This document shows, piece by piece, positions 17,914 through 26,460 of a stretch of DNA of 64,000 bases. Within the stretch, counting starts at the first letter, position 1; each line of letters starts with the position of its first letter. The DNA lies in assembly GCA_016281935.1 (NCBI GenBank), contig JAEEJN010000078.1, positions 17,059-81,058 on the forward strand. The letters are read 5' to 3'. A program made the translations under genes and the position numbers. Under the pieces are notes generated by a model. It did no database searches, was not told the DNA's origin, and was given only the letters and a program-made list of their open reading frames with translations. The stretch comes from Bacillota bacterium (GTDB lineage: Bacteria > Bacillota > Clostridia > Christensenellales > UMGS416).

Positions 17914-18689
17914 TTGCCCTCCTGATTGCGCTGATAGATCGCATAGAGACCGTCAAGGGTGAGATAGCTGTCGATGATCTGCAGCACCGGGGTATCCAGC
18001 ACACGGCTGAGTCCTCCGGTCGCGATCACGCGGGCTTCGGGTTCGTTCATTTCTTCGCGGATCTTGCTGACCAGTCGGGTTATGGAACCGATATAGCCAT
18101 GGATCAGACCGGACTGCATATTCTCCACCGTATTCTTTCCGATGGCACGCGGAGGCTTCCGCAGTTCGATCGTCGGCAGTTTGGCCGTCTGATGGACAAG
18201 GGAAGACAGCGACGTACGGACGCCGGGCAGGATGGCTCCTCCGAGGAATTCACCTTTTTCGGTGATCGCCGCCAGCGTCGTCGCAGTACCGAAATCAATG
18301 ACTATGCAGGGACCGCCGTACTTCGTGAAGGCGCCTACAGCCGTCGCGATACGGTCGGAACCCACTTCTTTGGGATTGTCGTATTTGATATCCATCCCCG
18401 TTTTGACACCGGGCCCCACGAAAAGCGGATCCAGATGATAGAACGTGTGGCACATGTTCTCAAGCGTGGAATTGAGAGACGGGACGACGGAGGAAATGAT
18501 CACACCGACCACGTCGTCACGGGAAAGGCCCGCATACTGCAGAACGCTCATCGTGAACAGACCGTATTCGTCCGAAGTCTTGTTCTCATCCGTTGCCACA
18601 CGGGCATACTGGATCAGATGTCCCTGATCGTTGTAATACCCCATCTTGATGGACGTGTTGCCGGCATCAAGGGTCAGAATCAATCCCAT
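17910..18689 (-). CDS. coaX: type III pantothenate kinase
   Basis: 259 aa. The ASKHA motifs read LTLDAGNTSIKMG and IVIDFGTATT. Confidence 0.9.
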   Translation of the reverse strand: MGLILTLDAGNTSIKMGYYNDQGHLIQYARVATDENKTSDEYGLFTMSVLQYAGLSRDDVVGVIISSVVPSLNSTLENMCHTFYHLDPLFVGPGVKTGMDIKYDNPKEVGSDRIATAVGAFTKYGGPCIVIDFGTATTLAAITEKGEFLGGAILPGVRTSLSSLVHQTAKLPTIELRKPPRAIGKNTVENMQSGLIHGYIGSITRLVSKIREEMNEPEARVIATGGLSRVLDTPVLQIIDSYLTLDGLYAIYQRNQEGK

Positions 18690-19309
18690 ATCGTTCTCTC
18701 CTTACGGTAAATATCCATGCCCGAACGGCGGTAGAGCGGAGCCAGGGCTTTCGTGATCGCCAGGACCACCACGGCAGACAGAGCTGCTTCAGGCAATGCG
18801 TTGAAAAGAATCGTCGTGCTGATCGCAGCCTTCATAATCTGGGAGACAGCGCCGATCGACTCGATCATCAGTCCAAACAGGAAGATGCCGCCGAGCACGA
18901 GCACAGTGTTTACAACTGCGCCGAACGCGCCGACGACGGCCGGCACCCATGCAGCCCTGCTGCGGCGGAGGACATGAAACAGAAGTCCGGACAGGAAACC
19001 GACGAGCACGCGCGGCAGGACGGAGATCAGCGGGTTCATGAAGGCAGGCGCAGTGACGGACGCTCCGGTAAATGCCGTGAACATGCTGAGGAGCCCCATG
19101 ACAAGGCCCAGGATAGCTCCGCTGGTCGGTCCTTCCAGAACCGCCGTCAATATGACGATCATATGCAGTGTCGTGGCATTGAAAGGCCCATAGGCCGGAA
19201 ATCCCAGAAAATGCAGAGGAGAATTCGGCAGACCGAGCGCGAGCAGAATGGCTGAGTAGAGTGCAAGCCGCACCATGCGGCGAAGTTGGCGTGAACGATT
19301 CTGTTCCAT
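18680..19309 (-). CDS. ECF-transporter S component, PanT-like by context
   Basis: 209 aa with 6 TM helices and a GGAGG SD. It overlaps coaX by 10 nt. S-components linked to coaX have been proposed to import pantothenate. This substrate call is a context inference. Confidence 0.75.
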   Translation of the reverse strand: MEQNRSRQLRRMVRLALYSAILLALGLPNSPLHFLGFPAYGPFNATTLHMIVILTAVLEGPTSGAILGLVMGLLSMFTAFTGASVTAPAFMNPLISVLPRVLVGFLSGLLFHVLRRSRAAWVPAVVGAFGAVVNTVLVLGGIFLFGLMIESIGAVSQIMKAAISTTILFNALPEAALSAVVVLAITKALAPLYRRSGMDIYRKERTIWD

Positions 19310-19418
19310 GAAATACCTCCGTTCCAGCTCCCATCAGGGGATGCTGATCGAATAAAAGAATACAGCGGATCATGCCATCCGGCTCCCGTAGGATACCGGC
19401 AGCTCCCGCATGCCATGA

Positions 19419-19447
19419 ATTGTATCACAGATCGGGAAAACAGGCAA
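19419..19447 (-). promoter_or_regulatory. candidate promoter of the ECF-S/coaX/hom operon
   Basis: Minus strand reads TTGCCT-17 nt-TACAAT with an upstream TG. It leaves a leader of about 110 nt. Confidence 0.55.
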
Positions 19448-19461
19448 CGAAAACGCCCTTC

Positions 19462-19490
19462 TTGCATGCAAAATTGGGAAATGATACAAT
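19462..19490 (+). promoter_or_regulatory. candidate promoter of the DUF951 gene
   Basis: TTGCAT-17 nt-TACAAT with an upstream TG. It lies back-to-back with the divergent ECF-S promoter. Confidence 0.65.
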
Positions 19491-19510
19491 AGCCGGTAAG
19501 GAGGCACAGG

Positions 19511-19714
19511 ATGGATTTTCAACTGGGAGATACCGTGCAGATGCGCAAGACCCATCCCTGCGGGAGCGACGCATGGGACATCGTCCGTACCGGCGCCGAC
19601 ATCAAACTGCGCTGCTGCGGCTGCGGACGCGTCGTCATGATGGACCGTCTTCTTTTTGAAAAGCGGATGAAGAAAGTACTGCACCGCGCGGAAGACAAAG
19701 AGCGGGAGGACTGA
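19511..19714 (+). CDS. DUF951-family small protein
   Basis: 67 aa. The segment MRKTHPCGSDAWDIVRTGADIKLRCCGCGRVVMM is the conserved DUF951 (YyzM-like) pattern. AAGGAGG SD is present. Confidence 0.75.
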   Translation: MDFQLGDTVQMRKTHPCGSDAWDIVRTGADIKLRCCGCGRVVMMDRLLFEKRMKKVLHRAEDKERED

Positions 19715-19780
19715 TAGTCTCCGGCGCTCTTTTCTTTTTCCCGGCCGACTGATGCCAAGAATCAAAGGAGGTCATGCCTC

Positions 19781-20524
19781 ATGTCTCATATCCTGCTGGA
19801 AATCTGCTGCGGTTCCGCAGAAGACGTTTTGGAAGCCGCCAGCGGCGGAGCCGACCGTGTAGAACTGAGCAGCAGTCTTTTTCTGGGCGGACTCACACCC
19901 AGTCTCGGAACACTGGATGTCGTCAAAAAGCACTGCAGTGTACCGGTCATGGCCATGGTTCGTCCCCGTGCGGGCGGTTTCGCCTACACGGACACGGAAT
20001 TCGAAGTTGCCTGTGAAGATGCACGTCTCCTTCTGGAACACGGAGCAGACGGACTGGTCTTCGGTTTTCTTCATGAAGACGGCACCGTCGATCTTGAACG
20101 TACGGAAGCAATGATCCGTATCGCCGGGGGGAAACCCTGTGTCTTCCACAGAGCATTGGATGTGGTGCCGGACTGGAAATCAGCACTGGACAGTCTGATC
20201 TCACTCGGCGTCACACGGGTGCTGACCAGCGGACAGCGAAGCGACGTTTTCTTCGCACTGGACACCGTCCGGGAAATGATCGAATACGCTTCCGGACGCA
20301 TCGAAGTCATGCCCGGGGCGGGGATCACTCTGGAAAATGCGGAAAAGGTGGCTGCCGTCACCGGATGCACGCAGGTCCATCTGGCCTGTCACAGGTCCGT
20401 TCCCGACCTCTCGGTCACGAACAACCGGCAGATCTATTACGGGGGGGCTCTGTATCCTCCGGAAGACCGCTTCGACCTCATCGACCGGGATTACGTCGCA
20501 GCCGTCAGAGGGAGGCTTAACTGA
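19781..20524 (+). CDS. cutC: CutC-family protein
   Basis: 247 aa. The N-terminus LEICCGSAEDVLEAASGGADRVELSSSLFLGGLTPS is typical of CutC TIM-barrel proteins. AAGGAGG SD is present. Confidence 0.88.
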   Translation: MSHILLEICCGSAEDVLEAASGGADRVELSSSLFLGGLTPSLGTLDVVKKHCSVPVMAMVRPRAGGFAYTDTEFEVACEDARLLLEHGADGLVFGFLHEDGTVDLERTEAMIRIAGGKPCVFHRALDVVPDWKSALDSLISLGVTRVLTSGQRSDVFFALDTVREMIEYASGRIEVMPGAGITLENAEKVAAVTGCTQVHLACHRSVPDLSVTNNRQIYYGGALYPPEDRFDLIDRDYVAAVRGRLN

Positions 20525-21441
20525 TGTATACGATCATCGGAACATGGAAAATGGTCTATCCCGGACTTGAAGAAGCGGCCCGGATGCTGAAGGAAGGCGT
20601 CTGTGCGGGCGATGCCGTCGTACATACGGTCAGACGTGTGGAAGACGATCCTGAACTGTCGTCCGTCGGCTACGGAGGTCTTCCGGATCGGGAAGGGCGC
20701 GTTTTTCTGGACGCGGCCTATATGGACGGGAACACGCTCCGCGTCGGTGCAGTCCTGTCCGCCGAAAACATCGCCAACCCTATCCTTGCAGCCCGTCTCC
20801 TCTGCGGCAGGAAGACAGACTGCATCCTTGCCGGCCACGGTGCGGAACGTTTTGCGGTAGCTCAGGGTCTTCCTATGCGGGACATGAGAACCGAATCCTC
20901 AATGAAGCGCTGGCGGGATACCGTCGCGGAAGAATCTTTCGCCGCAGGCGCTTACCGCGGACACGATACGGTCTGCGTGCTTGCTCTGGACGGTGACGGC
21001 CGCATGGCCGTCGGGACGTCTACCTCCGGTCTCTTTATGAAGGAGCCCGGACGGGTCGGGGACACGCCGCTGATCGGCTCCGGTTTCTATGCTGACGCCC
21101 GCTACGGTGCGGCAGCCGCCACCGGACTCGGTGAGGACATCATGCGCGGCTGTCTTTCCTATGAAGCAGTGTCGCTCATGCGGCTTGGCGCTTCACCCGA
21201 AGCCGCATGCCGTGAAGCTCTGGCCCATTTGGCGGGACGTCTGGGCGAACTGGGAGAATCTCCGGAAAACATCAGTATGATCGCGCTGTCTCCCGATGGC
21301 GAATTCGGAGCCGCGACCACGCTGCCCGTGTTTCCCTTTGCCGTTGGAAATGAAAAGGGCAGCGTTCTGTACGCAGCAAACATCTACACGAAACCCGACA
21401 TCCACGTTGCCGCTGATGACGAGATCGCCCACATCGACTGA
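20524..21441 (+). CDS. Ntn-hydrolase of the asparaginase-2 family (glycosylasparaginase / isoaspartyl peptidase)
   Basis: 305 aa with the autoprocessing site context GHDTVCVLALD and the GSGFYAD block. Its ATG overlaps the cutC stop (TGATG). Confidence 0.85.
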   Translation: MYTIIGTWKMVYPGLEEAARMLKEGVCAGDAVVHTVRRVEDDPELSSVGYGGLPDREGRVFLDAAYMDGNTLRVGAVLSAENIANPILAARLLCGRKTDCILAGHGAERFAVAQGLPMRDMRTESSMKRWRDTVAEESFAAGAYRGHDTVCVLALDGDGRMAVGTSTSGLFMKEPGRVGDTPLIGSGFYADARYGAAAATGLGEDIMRGCLSYEAVSLMRLGASPEAACREALAHLAGRLGELGESPENISMIALSPDGEFGAATTLPVFPFAVGNEKGSVLYAANIYTKPDIHVAADDEIAHID

Positions 21442-21467
21442 TTCGATCCAAAATCAAAGGAGACTCC

Positions 21468-22829
21468 ATGGCACGTACTTCCGCTAGAGACCTGACAGAG
21501 GGGCGCCCTCTTCCGCTCCTTGCATCCTTCATCCTTCCGATGCTCATCGGGAACATCGTCCAGCAGCTGTACAGCATGGCGGATTCCGTCATCATCGGCC
21601 GGTTCGTAGGCAAGGCGCAGTTTGCCGCGCTCGGTGCCACGATGCCCGTGCTTTCCGTCATGATCGTCGTGATCATCGGATTCACGATGGGCATCGCCAT
21701 CACGACTGCGCAGCAGGTCGGTGCGAAGAACGAAGAACGCGTCCGGGACATCCTGGGGACCACCTTCGTCCTCTGTCTGCTGCTGTCTGCGGGCATGGCG
21801 GCTGCAGGCACGACCTTTGCCGGACACGTGCTTAAATTTCTGCATACACCTGACGAGATCCTTGGAGATGCCCGGACCTATCTCGTATGCAACTTTGCAA
21901 CCTGTATCGGTCCTATCTCCTACAACATGTTCTCCAACATTCTGCGTTCCTATGGTGACAGCAGGACCCCGCTCTACGCTTTGATCATCTCATCCGTCCT
22001 GAACATTCTTCTGGATCTGCTGTTCGTTCTGGCTTTTCACTGGAGCGTCGCGGGCGTCGCGATCGCTACAGCCGTCTCCCAGATCCTGTCGGGGATTTTC
22101 TGCATCCTATGCATTTTCCGCCGGTATCCTCAATACAGCTGCCGTCGTTCCAACATACGTCTCCACGGTCTGATCGTCAGGGATATCCTGAAATACGGGA
22201 TGCCGATGGCCGTCAGCAACCTCTGCGCTTCTATAGGCGGCGTATTCGTACAGAGCAGGATCAACAGTTACGGAACGACCGTCGTCGCAGGCTATACGGC
22301 CGCCAACAAGCTGGACCAGCTGGCAATCTCGGGCATGAATTCCCTGAGCAACGCCATGTCCACCTATGCCGGGCAGAATATCGGAGCAGGCCGGCCCGAC
22401 CGGGTGAGGGAAGGCATCCGCGCTGGATGGATCGTCGGGCTGGCGATCGCCCTGGCTTTCGGCCTGATCCTGTTCGGATGCGGCAGCACTCTGGTGCGGA
22501 TGTTCGTATCGGGAGAAGAAAAGGAAGCAATCGCCGTAGCTTCAGGGTTCTTCCGCACAGTATCGCCTTTCTATATGATCGGATGCTGTATGTATATCTA
22601 TCTTGGCGCCATGCGTGGCATGGGCGAGATCACCATCCCCATGGCCGGAAGCTTTACGGAACTTGCTGGCAAACTGCTCGCCGTCCTGTTCCTGTCCCGG
22701 ATCAGTTATCACGCCATGTGGGCCGCCTGGCCCGTCGGATGGGCGGTGGCTTTTGCGCTCCTGTGGATATACTATCGTTTCTTTCTCTGGAAAAAGCATC
22801 AGGGAAAACCGAAGGAGGCTGCGTCATGA
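21468..22829 (+). CDS. MATE-family efflux transporter
   Basis: 453 aa with 12 TM helices. The N-terminus GRPLPLLASFILPMLIGNIVQQLYSMADSVIIGRF is typical of MATE transporters. Confidence 0.9.
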   Translation: MARTSARDLTEGRPLPLLASFILPMLIGNIVQQLYSMADSVIIGRFVGKAQFAALGATMPVLSVMIVVIIGFTMGIAITTAQQVGAKNEERVRDILGTTFVLCLLLSAGMAAAGTTFAGHVLKFLHTPDEILGDARTYLVCNFATCIGPISYNMFSNILRSYGDSRTPLYALIISSVLNILLDLLFVLAFHWSVAGVAIATAVSQILSGIFCILCIFRRYPQYSCRRSNIRLHGLIVRDILKYGMPMAVSNLCASIGGVFVQSRINSYGTTVVAGYTAANKLDQLAISGMNSLSNAMSTYAGQNIGAGRPDRVREGIRAGWIVGLAIALAFGLILFGCGSTLVRMFVSGEEKEAIAVASGFFRTVSPFYMIGCCMYIYLGAMRGMGEITIPMAGSFTELAGKLLAVLFLSRISYHAMWAAWPVGWAVAFALLWIYYRFFLWKKHQGKPKEAAS

Positions 22830-23572
22830 GTCTGTACGCACTCGGAGACCTGCATCTCCATTTTGCGAGCGAGACCCGCATACCGGTCCAGACGAACGAC
22901 CCGGTCTGGAAAGGCCATGAGATCCGTTTCGAGACCTTTTGCAGAAAACTGGTCGGGCCTGATGACGTCCTTCTTCTAGCAGGCGACCACAGCTGGGGGC
23001 GCAGGAACACGGAATGGGAGCCTGATCTGGAATACATATGCAGTCTTCCCGGACGCAAGGTTCTCCTGAGAGGCAACCATGACAGCTTTTGGGATGCCAA
23101 GAAGACCGCCGCACTCAACCGGCGCTATGAAGGAAGGCTCTTTTTCCTTCAGAACAACTATTACCCCTACCGTGACTATGCCCTGGTAGGAACAAAAGGT
23201 TTCACCTTCGAAGGACCGTTCTATCTGGACAGACACAGACGGATCATCGGATGGGACGAGGAGAAGGCAGTTCATGCTCAGCAGCTCGTCGAACGGGAAG
23301 CGGAAAGGCTGGAGGCATCCTTTGCCTCCGCAAAAGCCGACGGATACAGCCGGTTCATCGTCTTCCTCCATTACCCGCCGACCAACATTCTGGAGCAGGA
23401 AAGCGTTTTCACCCGTATGGCTGAGGACTATGGTGCGGAACAGGTCGTCTATGCACACTGTCACGGGCAATCCCGTTTTCACGACAGTCTCCTCGGTGAC
23501 CACAACGGCATACTCTACCGGCTTGTATCGGGAGATTACCTGCAGTGGAGACCGGAAAAAATACTGGACTGA
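22826..23572 (+). CDS. metallophosphoesterase
   Basis: 248 aa with motifs GDLHL, GDH and GNHD. Its ATG at 22826 overlaps the MATE stop (ATGA) with GAAGGAGG upstream. The ORF-track start at 22109 is an out-of-frame overlap with the MATE gene and is rejected. Confidence 0.8.
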   Translation: MSLYALGDLHLHFASETRIPVQTNDPVWKGHEIRFETFCRKLVGPDDVLLLAGDHSWGRRNTEWEPDLEYICSLPGRKVLLRGNHDSFWDAKKTAALNRRYEGRLFFLQNNYYPYRDYALVGTKGFTFEGPFYLDRHRRIIGWDEEKAVHAQQLVEREAERLEASFASAKADGYSRFIVFLHYPPTNILEQESVFTRMAEDYGAEQVVYAHCHGQSRFHDSLLGDHNGILYRLVSGDYLQWRPEKILD

Positions 23573-23618
23573 AGCCCCGCCCGTCCTCCCTTGTTACACG
23601 GGGAGATTTTTTAGTTCA

Positions 23619-23647
23619 TTGACTTTTTCCCTTTTCTTTTCTATGAT
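23619..23647 (+). promoter_or_regulatory. candidate promoter of the ABC exporter
   Basis: TTGACT-17 nt-TATGAT. Confidence 0.6.
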
Positions 23648-23670
23648 GGATTAGATAAAGGAGACAACTC

Positions 23671-25407
23671 ATGTTCAAGCGTTTCATTGCCTATTACAAA
23701 CCTCACAGGAAAATGCTCGCGCTGGATATGCTCGCAGCTCTGCTGATCTCCGTGATCGGCATGGTCTATCCTGTCGTCACGAACCGCATGCTGAACCAGT
23801 ACATCCCGAACCGCATGTATTCCACGATCATCCTGTCCGGCATCACTGTTCTGGGGCTTTATCTTCTCCGTATGCTGCTCCGTTATTTCGTCCAGTATTA
23901 TGGGCATATGATCGGCGTCAGGATGCAGTCGCAGATGCGGCAGGATCTCTTTGCCCATTTGGAAAGGCTGCCCTTTTCCTTCTATGACAACCACGAGACA
24001 GGGCGCATCATGACCCGGATCACGAGTGATCTCTTCGAGGTCTGTGAGTTGGCGCATCACGGCCCCGAGAACATCCTGATCTCCAGTATCATGATCATCC
24101 TTTCCTTCTCCTATCTGTGCAGCATCGACTGGATATTGACGCTCATCATCTTCGCCTGTGTCCCGATCCTGGTCGCCGTCACACTGCATCTGAGGAAAGA
24201 CATGAGCCTCGCGTTCGACGAACGCCGTGTAAGCAATGCCACGATCAATGCCGCTGTGGAGAGCTCCGTCACTGGCATCCGAGTTACCAAAGCCTTTACC
24301 AATTCCGAGAGGGAAGTGGAGAAATTCTCCAAAGGAGACAGTCAGTTCGTGGAAGCCTCCCGTCATGCCTATCACGCGATGGCTCGTTTCTCCTCTTCCA
24401 CCGCTTTCGTCACGGATGTCTTCAATGTGGTCATCCTGATTGCAGGCGGCCTGTTCCTGTACTCCGGACGGATCACTTTCGGCGACTATTCCACGTTCAT
24501 CGTATCCGTCAATCTGTTCATCAATCCGGTCAACACCCTGATCAACTTCATGGAACAGTATCAGAACGGTGTCTCCGGATTCAAGCGTTTCCTCGAGATC
24601 ATGGATGAAGAACCCGAAGCGGACTCTGCCGGTGCAGAGGAACTGAAAGACGTAAAAGGGGATATCGAGTTCCGGGACGTCTCCTACTCATACGACGAGA
24701 GCAAAGGTGTCCTGTCTCATGTCAGCCTCAAGATCCCCAAAGGTCAGAAGATCGCGCTTGTCGGGCCCTCCGGAGGAGGCAAGACCACGCTCTGTCACCT
24801 GCTTCCCAATTTCTACAGGCTGCAGGACGGCGAAGGATCGATTTTGATCGACGGAAAGGACATCCGGTCATTGACACTGGAATCCGTCAGACGAAGCATC
24901 GGAATCGTGCAGCAGGACGTGTTCCTCTTCGTGGGAACGATCCGGGAGAACATCCTCTACGGTCGTCCCGACGCCTCGGAAGAAGAAGTCGTCGAGGCCG
25001 CCAAACGGGCTAATATCCACGACTATATCATGACGCTGGAAAAAGGATATGACACGGAGATCGGCGAACGTGGCGTCAAGCTGTCCGGCGGACAGAAACA
25101 GCGTCTGAGCATCGCACGTGTTTTCCTCAAGGATCCGGCGATCCTTATCCTCGACGAAGCGACGAGCGCCTTGGACAACACGACGGAAGTCCTGATCCAG
25201 CAGGCGTTGGATGAACTGTGCCGCGGCCGCACGACCCTCGTGGTCGCCCATCGGCTGTCCACGATCCGCAATGCGGATGAGATCGCCGTCGTGATCAATG
25301 GAAAGATCACGGAACGCGGTACACATGAGGAACTGATGGAGAAGGGCGGGACATACAGCAAGCTGTATTCCCTCCAGTTCCGGGAAAGCGATCTGATATC
25401 CGAATAA
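23671..25407 (+). CDS. ABC exporter, fused permease and ATP-binding protein (MsbA/MdlB-like)
   Basis: 578 aa. A 6-TM N-terminal domain is followed by Walker A GPSGGGKTT, signature LSGGQKQR and Walker B ILILDEATS. Confidence 0.92.
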   Translation: MFKRFIAYYKPHRKMLALDMLAALLISVIGMVYPVVTNRMLNQYIPNRMYSTIILSGITVLGLYLLRMLLRYFVQYYGHMIGVRMQSQMRQDLFAHLERLPFSFYDNHETGRIMTRITSDLFEVCELAHHGPENILISSIMIILSFSYLCSIDWILTLIIFACVPILVAVTLHLRKDMSLAFDERRVSNATINAAVESSVTGIRVTKAFTNSEREVEKFSKGDSQFVEASRHAYHAMARFSSSTAFVTDVFNVVILIAGGLFLYSGRITFGDYSTFIVSVNLFINPVNTLINFMEQYQNGVSGFKRFLEIMDEEPEADSAGAEELKDVKGDIEFRDVSYSYDESKGVLSHVSLKIPKGQKIALVGPSGGGKTTLCHLLPNFYRLQDGEGSILIDGKDIRSLTLESVRRSIGIVQQDVFLFVGTIRENILYGRPDASEEEVVEAAKRANIHDYIMTLEKGYDTEIGERGVKLSGGQKQRLSIARVFLKDPAILILDEATSALDNTTEVLIQQALDELCRGRTTLVVAHRLSTIRNADEIAVVINGKITERGTHEELMEKGGTYSKLYSLQFRESDLISE

Positions 25408-25410
25408 AAA

Positions 25411-25443
25411 GAACTGCGCGGATCACCGCGCAGTTCGGATTTT
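25411..25443 (+). terminator. rho-independent terminator
   Basis: GAACTGCGCGG-atca-CCGCGCAGTTC followed by GGATTTT. Confidence 0.8.
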
Positions 25444-25444
25444 C

Positions 25445-25474
25445 AGCAGAAAAGGCCGGTCTGAAGACCGGTCT
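25445..25474 (-). terminator. terminator of the GTPase pair
   Basis: Minus strand reads AGACCGGTC-ttca-GACCGGCCT (one mismatch) followed by TTTTCTGCT. Confidence 0.6.
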
Positions 25475-25492
25475 TTCCCATTATTCTGATGA

Positions 25493-26437
25493 TCAGTAGA
25501 AAGTTGCCACAGGATCTTCCGGTTCCTGATCGGGCTTGGCTTCGACGATCTGCAGCACCGGGCCTTTTCGTCCGTAAACACGGCTCTGCTTGACACGGAT
25601 GCGGGCCGTGATGCGGATCCATTCTCCGTCCTTTACGCGGTCGGCGCCATCCTCACAGAACAGACCGCTGTAGGTGATATCCTCGACACAGCAGGTCATG
25701 ATGGGCCTTCCTACGATGAACCCGCCCTTGGGCAGTTTTTCATTGGCGTTGACCAGGCCGAGAAATGAAACGAACTTGCCGTCATACTTGTCCATCTCAT
25801 CCGCGATATCACGGTAGAACAGGGCGTAATCACCGTCACCGATCTCAATGATGGGAGCTTCGATATCGAACGGCAGGGGATCTTCGATATTGTCCCTTGC
25901 CAGCGATCCGTCTTTCGCTTCATAGATGATCTCAGCACGCCTGCTGACTCCGCGGACCAGTTTATGGAGCTCCTGGACATCTGTATCCTCTTCGCAGCGG
26001 TTGAACACGACCAGATCCGCACTGTTGAGTTTGTCCACGACGAGTGCGCGCATATTCGTATTGTAGACCATGATCGTGGTCGCATCTACGAACAGGATCT
26101 CCTGATAGATGAACCATTCCTCCGGCATCGCCTGGATCAGGCTGGCGATCGGCCACATGCCGTTGTATTCGATCATGACACGGTTCGCCCGATGTTTGCG
26201 CAGAAGCGCGCCAAGCTTATCCGTGTTCACCTGGCGTTCACTGTCCAGGATCTCTATGAAGATATTGCGGGACGCGAAAGTTTCGGGATCGAGTTCCTCT
26301 TCCCCTTCTTCACACAGAAGCACGAGCGTCCTGTCCTGCCCCTTCTGGAAAAAGCCCTTGTCTTCCAGCGTTTCCTGAATGAAACGGGTCTTGCCGGCTT
26401 CCAGAAATCCGGTCATAAGATATACGGGAATATCCAT
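25493..26437 (-). CDS. degenerate CobW/COG0523-like P-loop domain fused to a DUF1980/TIGR03943-like C-terminal CC-motif domain
   Basis: 314 aa. The P-loop GFLEAGKT is present, but there is no CxCC motif and LVVFNRCE replaces NKxD. The C-terminal region FVSFLGLV...GGFIVGRPIMTCCVEDITYSGLFCE...GEWIRITARI resembles the C-terminal domain of YcgQ-type TIGR03943 proteins. GAGGAGAG SD is present. It starts 24 nt after the upstream gene. Confidence 0.8.
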   Translation of the reverse strand: MDIPVYLMTGFLEAGKTRFIQETLEDKGFFQKGQDRTLVLLCEEGEEELDPETFASRNIFIEILDSERQVNTDKLGALLRKHRANRVMIEYNGMWPIASLIQAMPEEWFIYQEILFVDATTIMVYNTNMRALVVDKLNSADLVVFNRCEEDTDVQELHKLVRGVSRRAEIIYEAKDGSLARDNIEDPLPFDIEAPIIEIGDGDYALFYRDIADEMDKYDGKFVSFLGLVNANEKLPKGGFIVGRPIMTCCVEDITYSGLFCEDGADRVKDGEWIRITARIRVKQSRVYGRKGPVLQIVEAKPDQEPEDPVATFY

Positions 26438-26460
26438 GATCTCTCCTCGGTTCCGTTCGC

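Noticed and set aside
22109-22825. N-terminal 239 codons of the 487-aa ORF 22109..23572.
   Set aside because: This part overlaps the 3' half of the MATE transporter gene in another frame and is Arg/Pro-rich nonsense. The metallophosphoesterase motifs begin only after the ATG at 22826, which has a GAAGGAGG SD and an ATGA overlap with the MATE stop.
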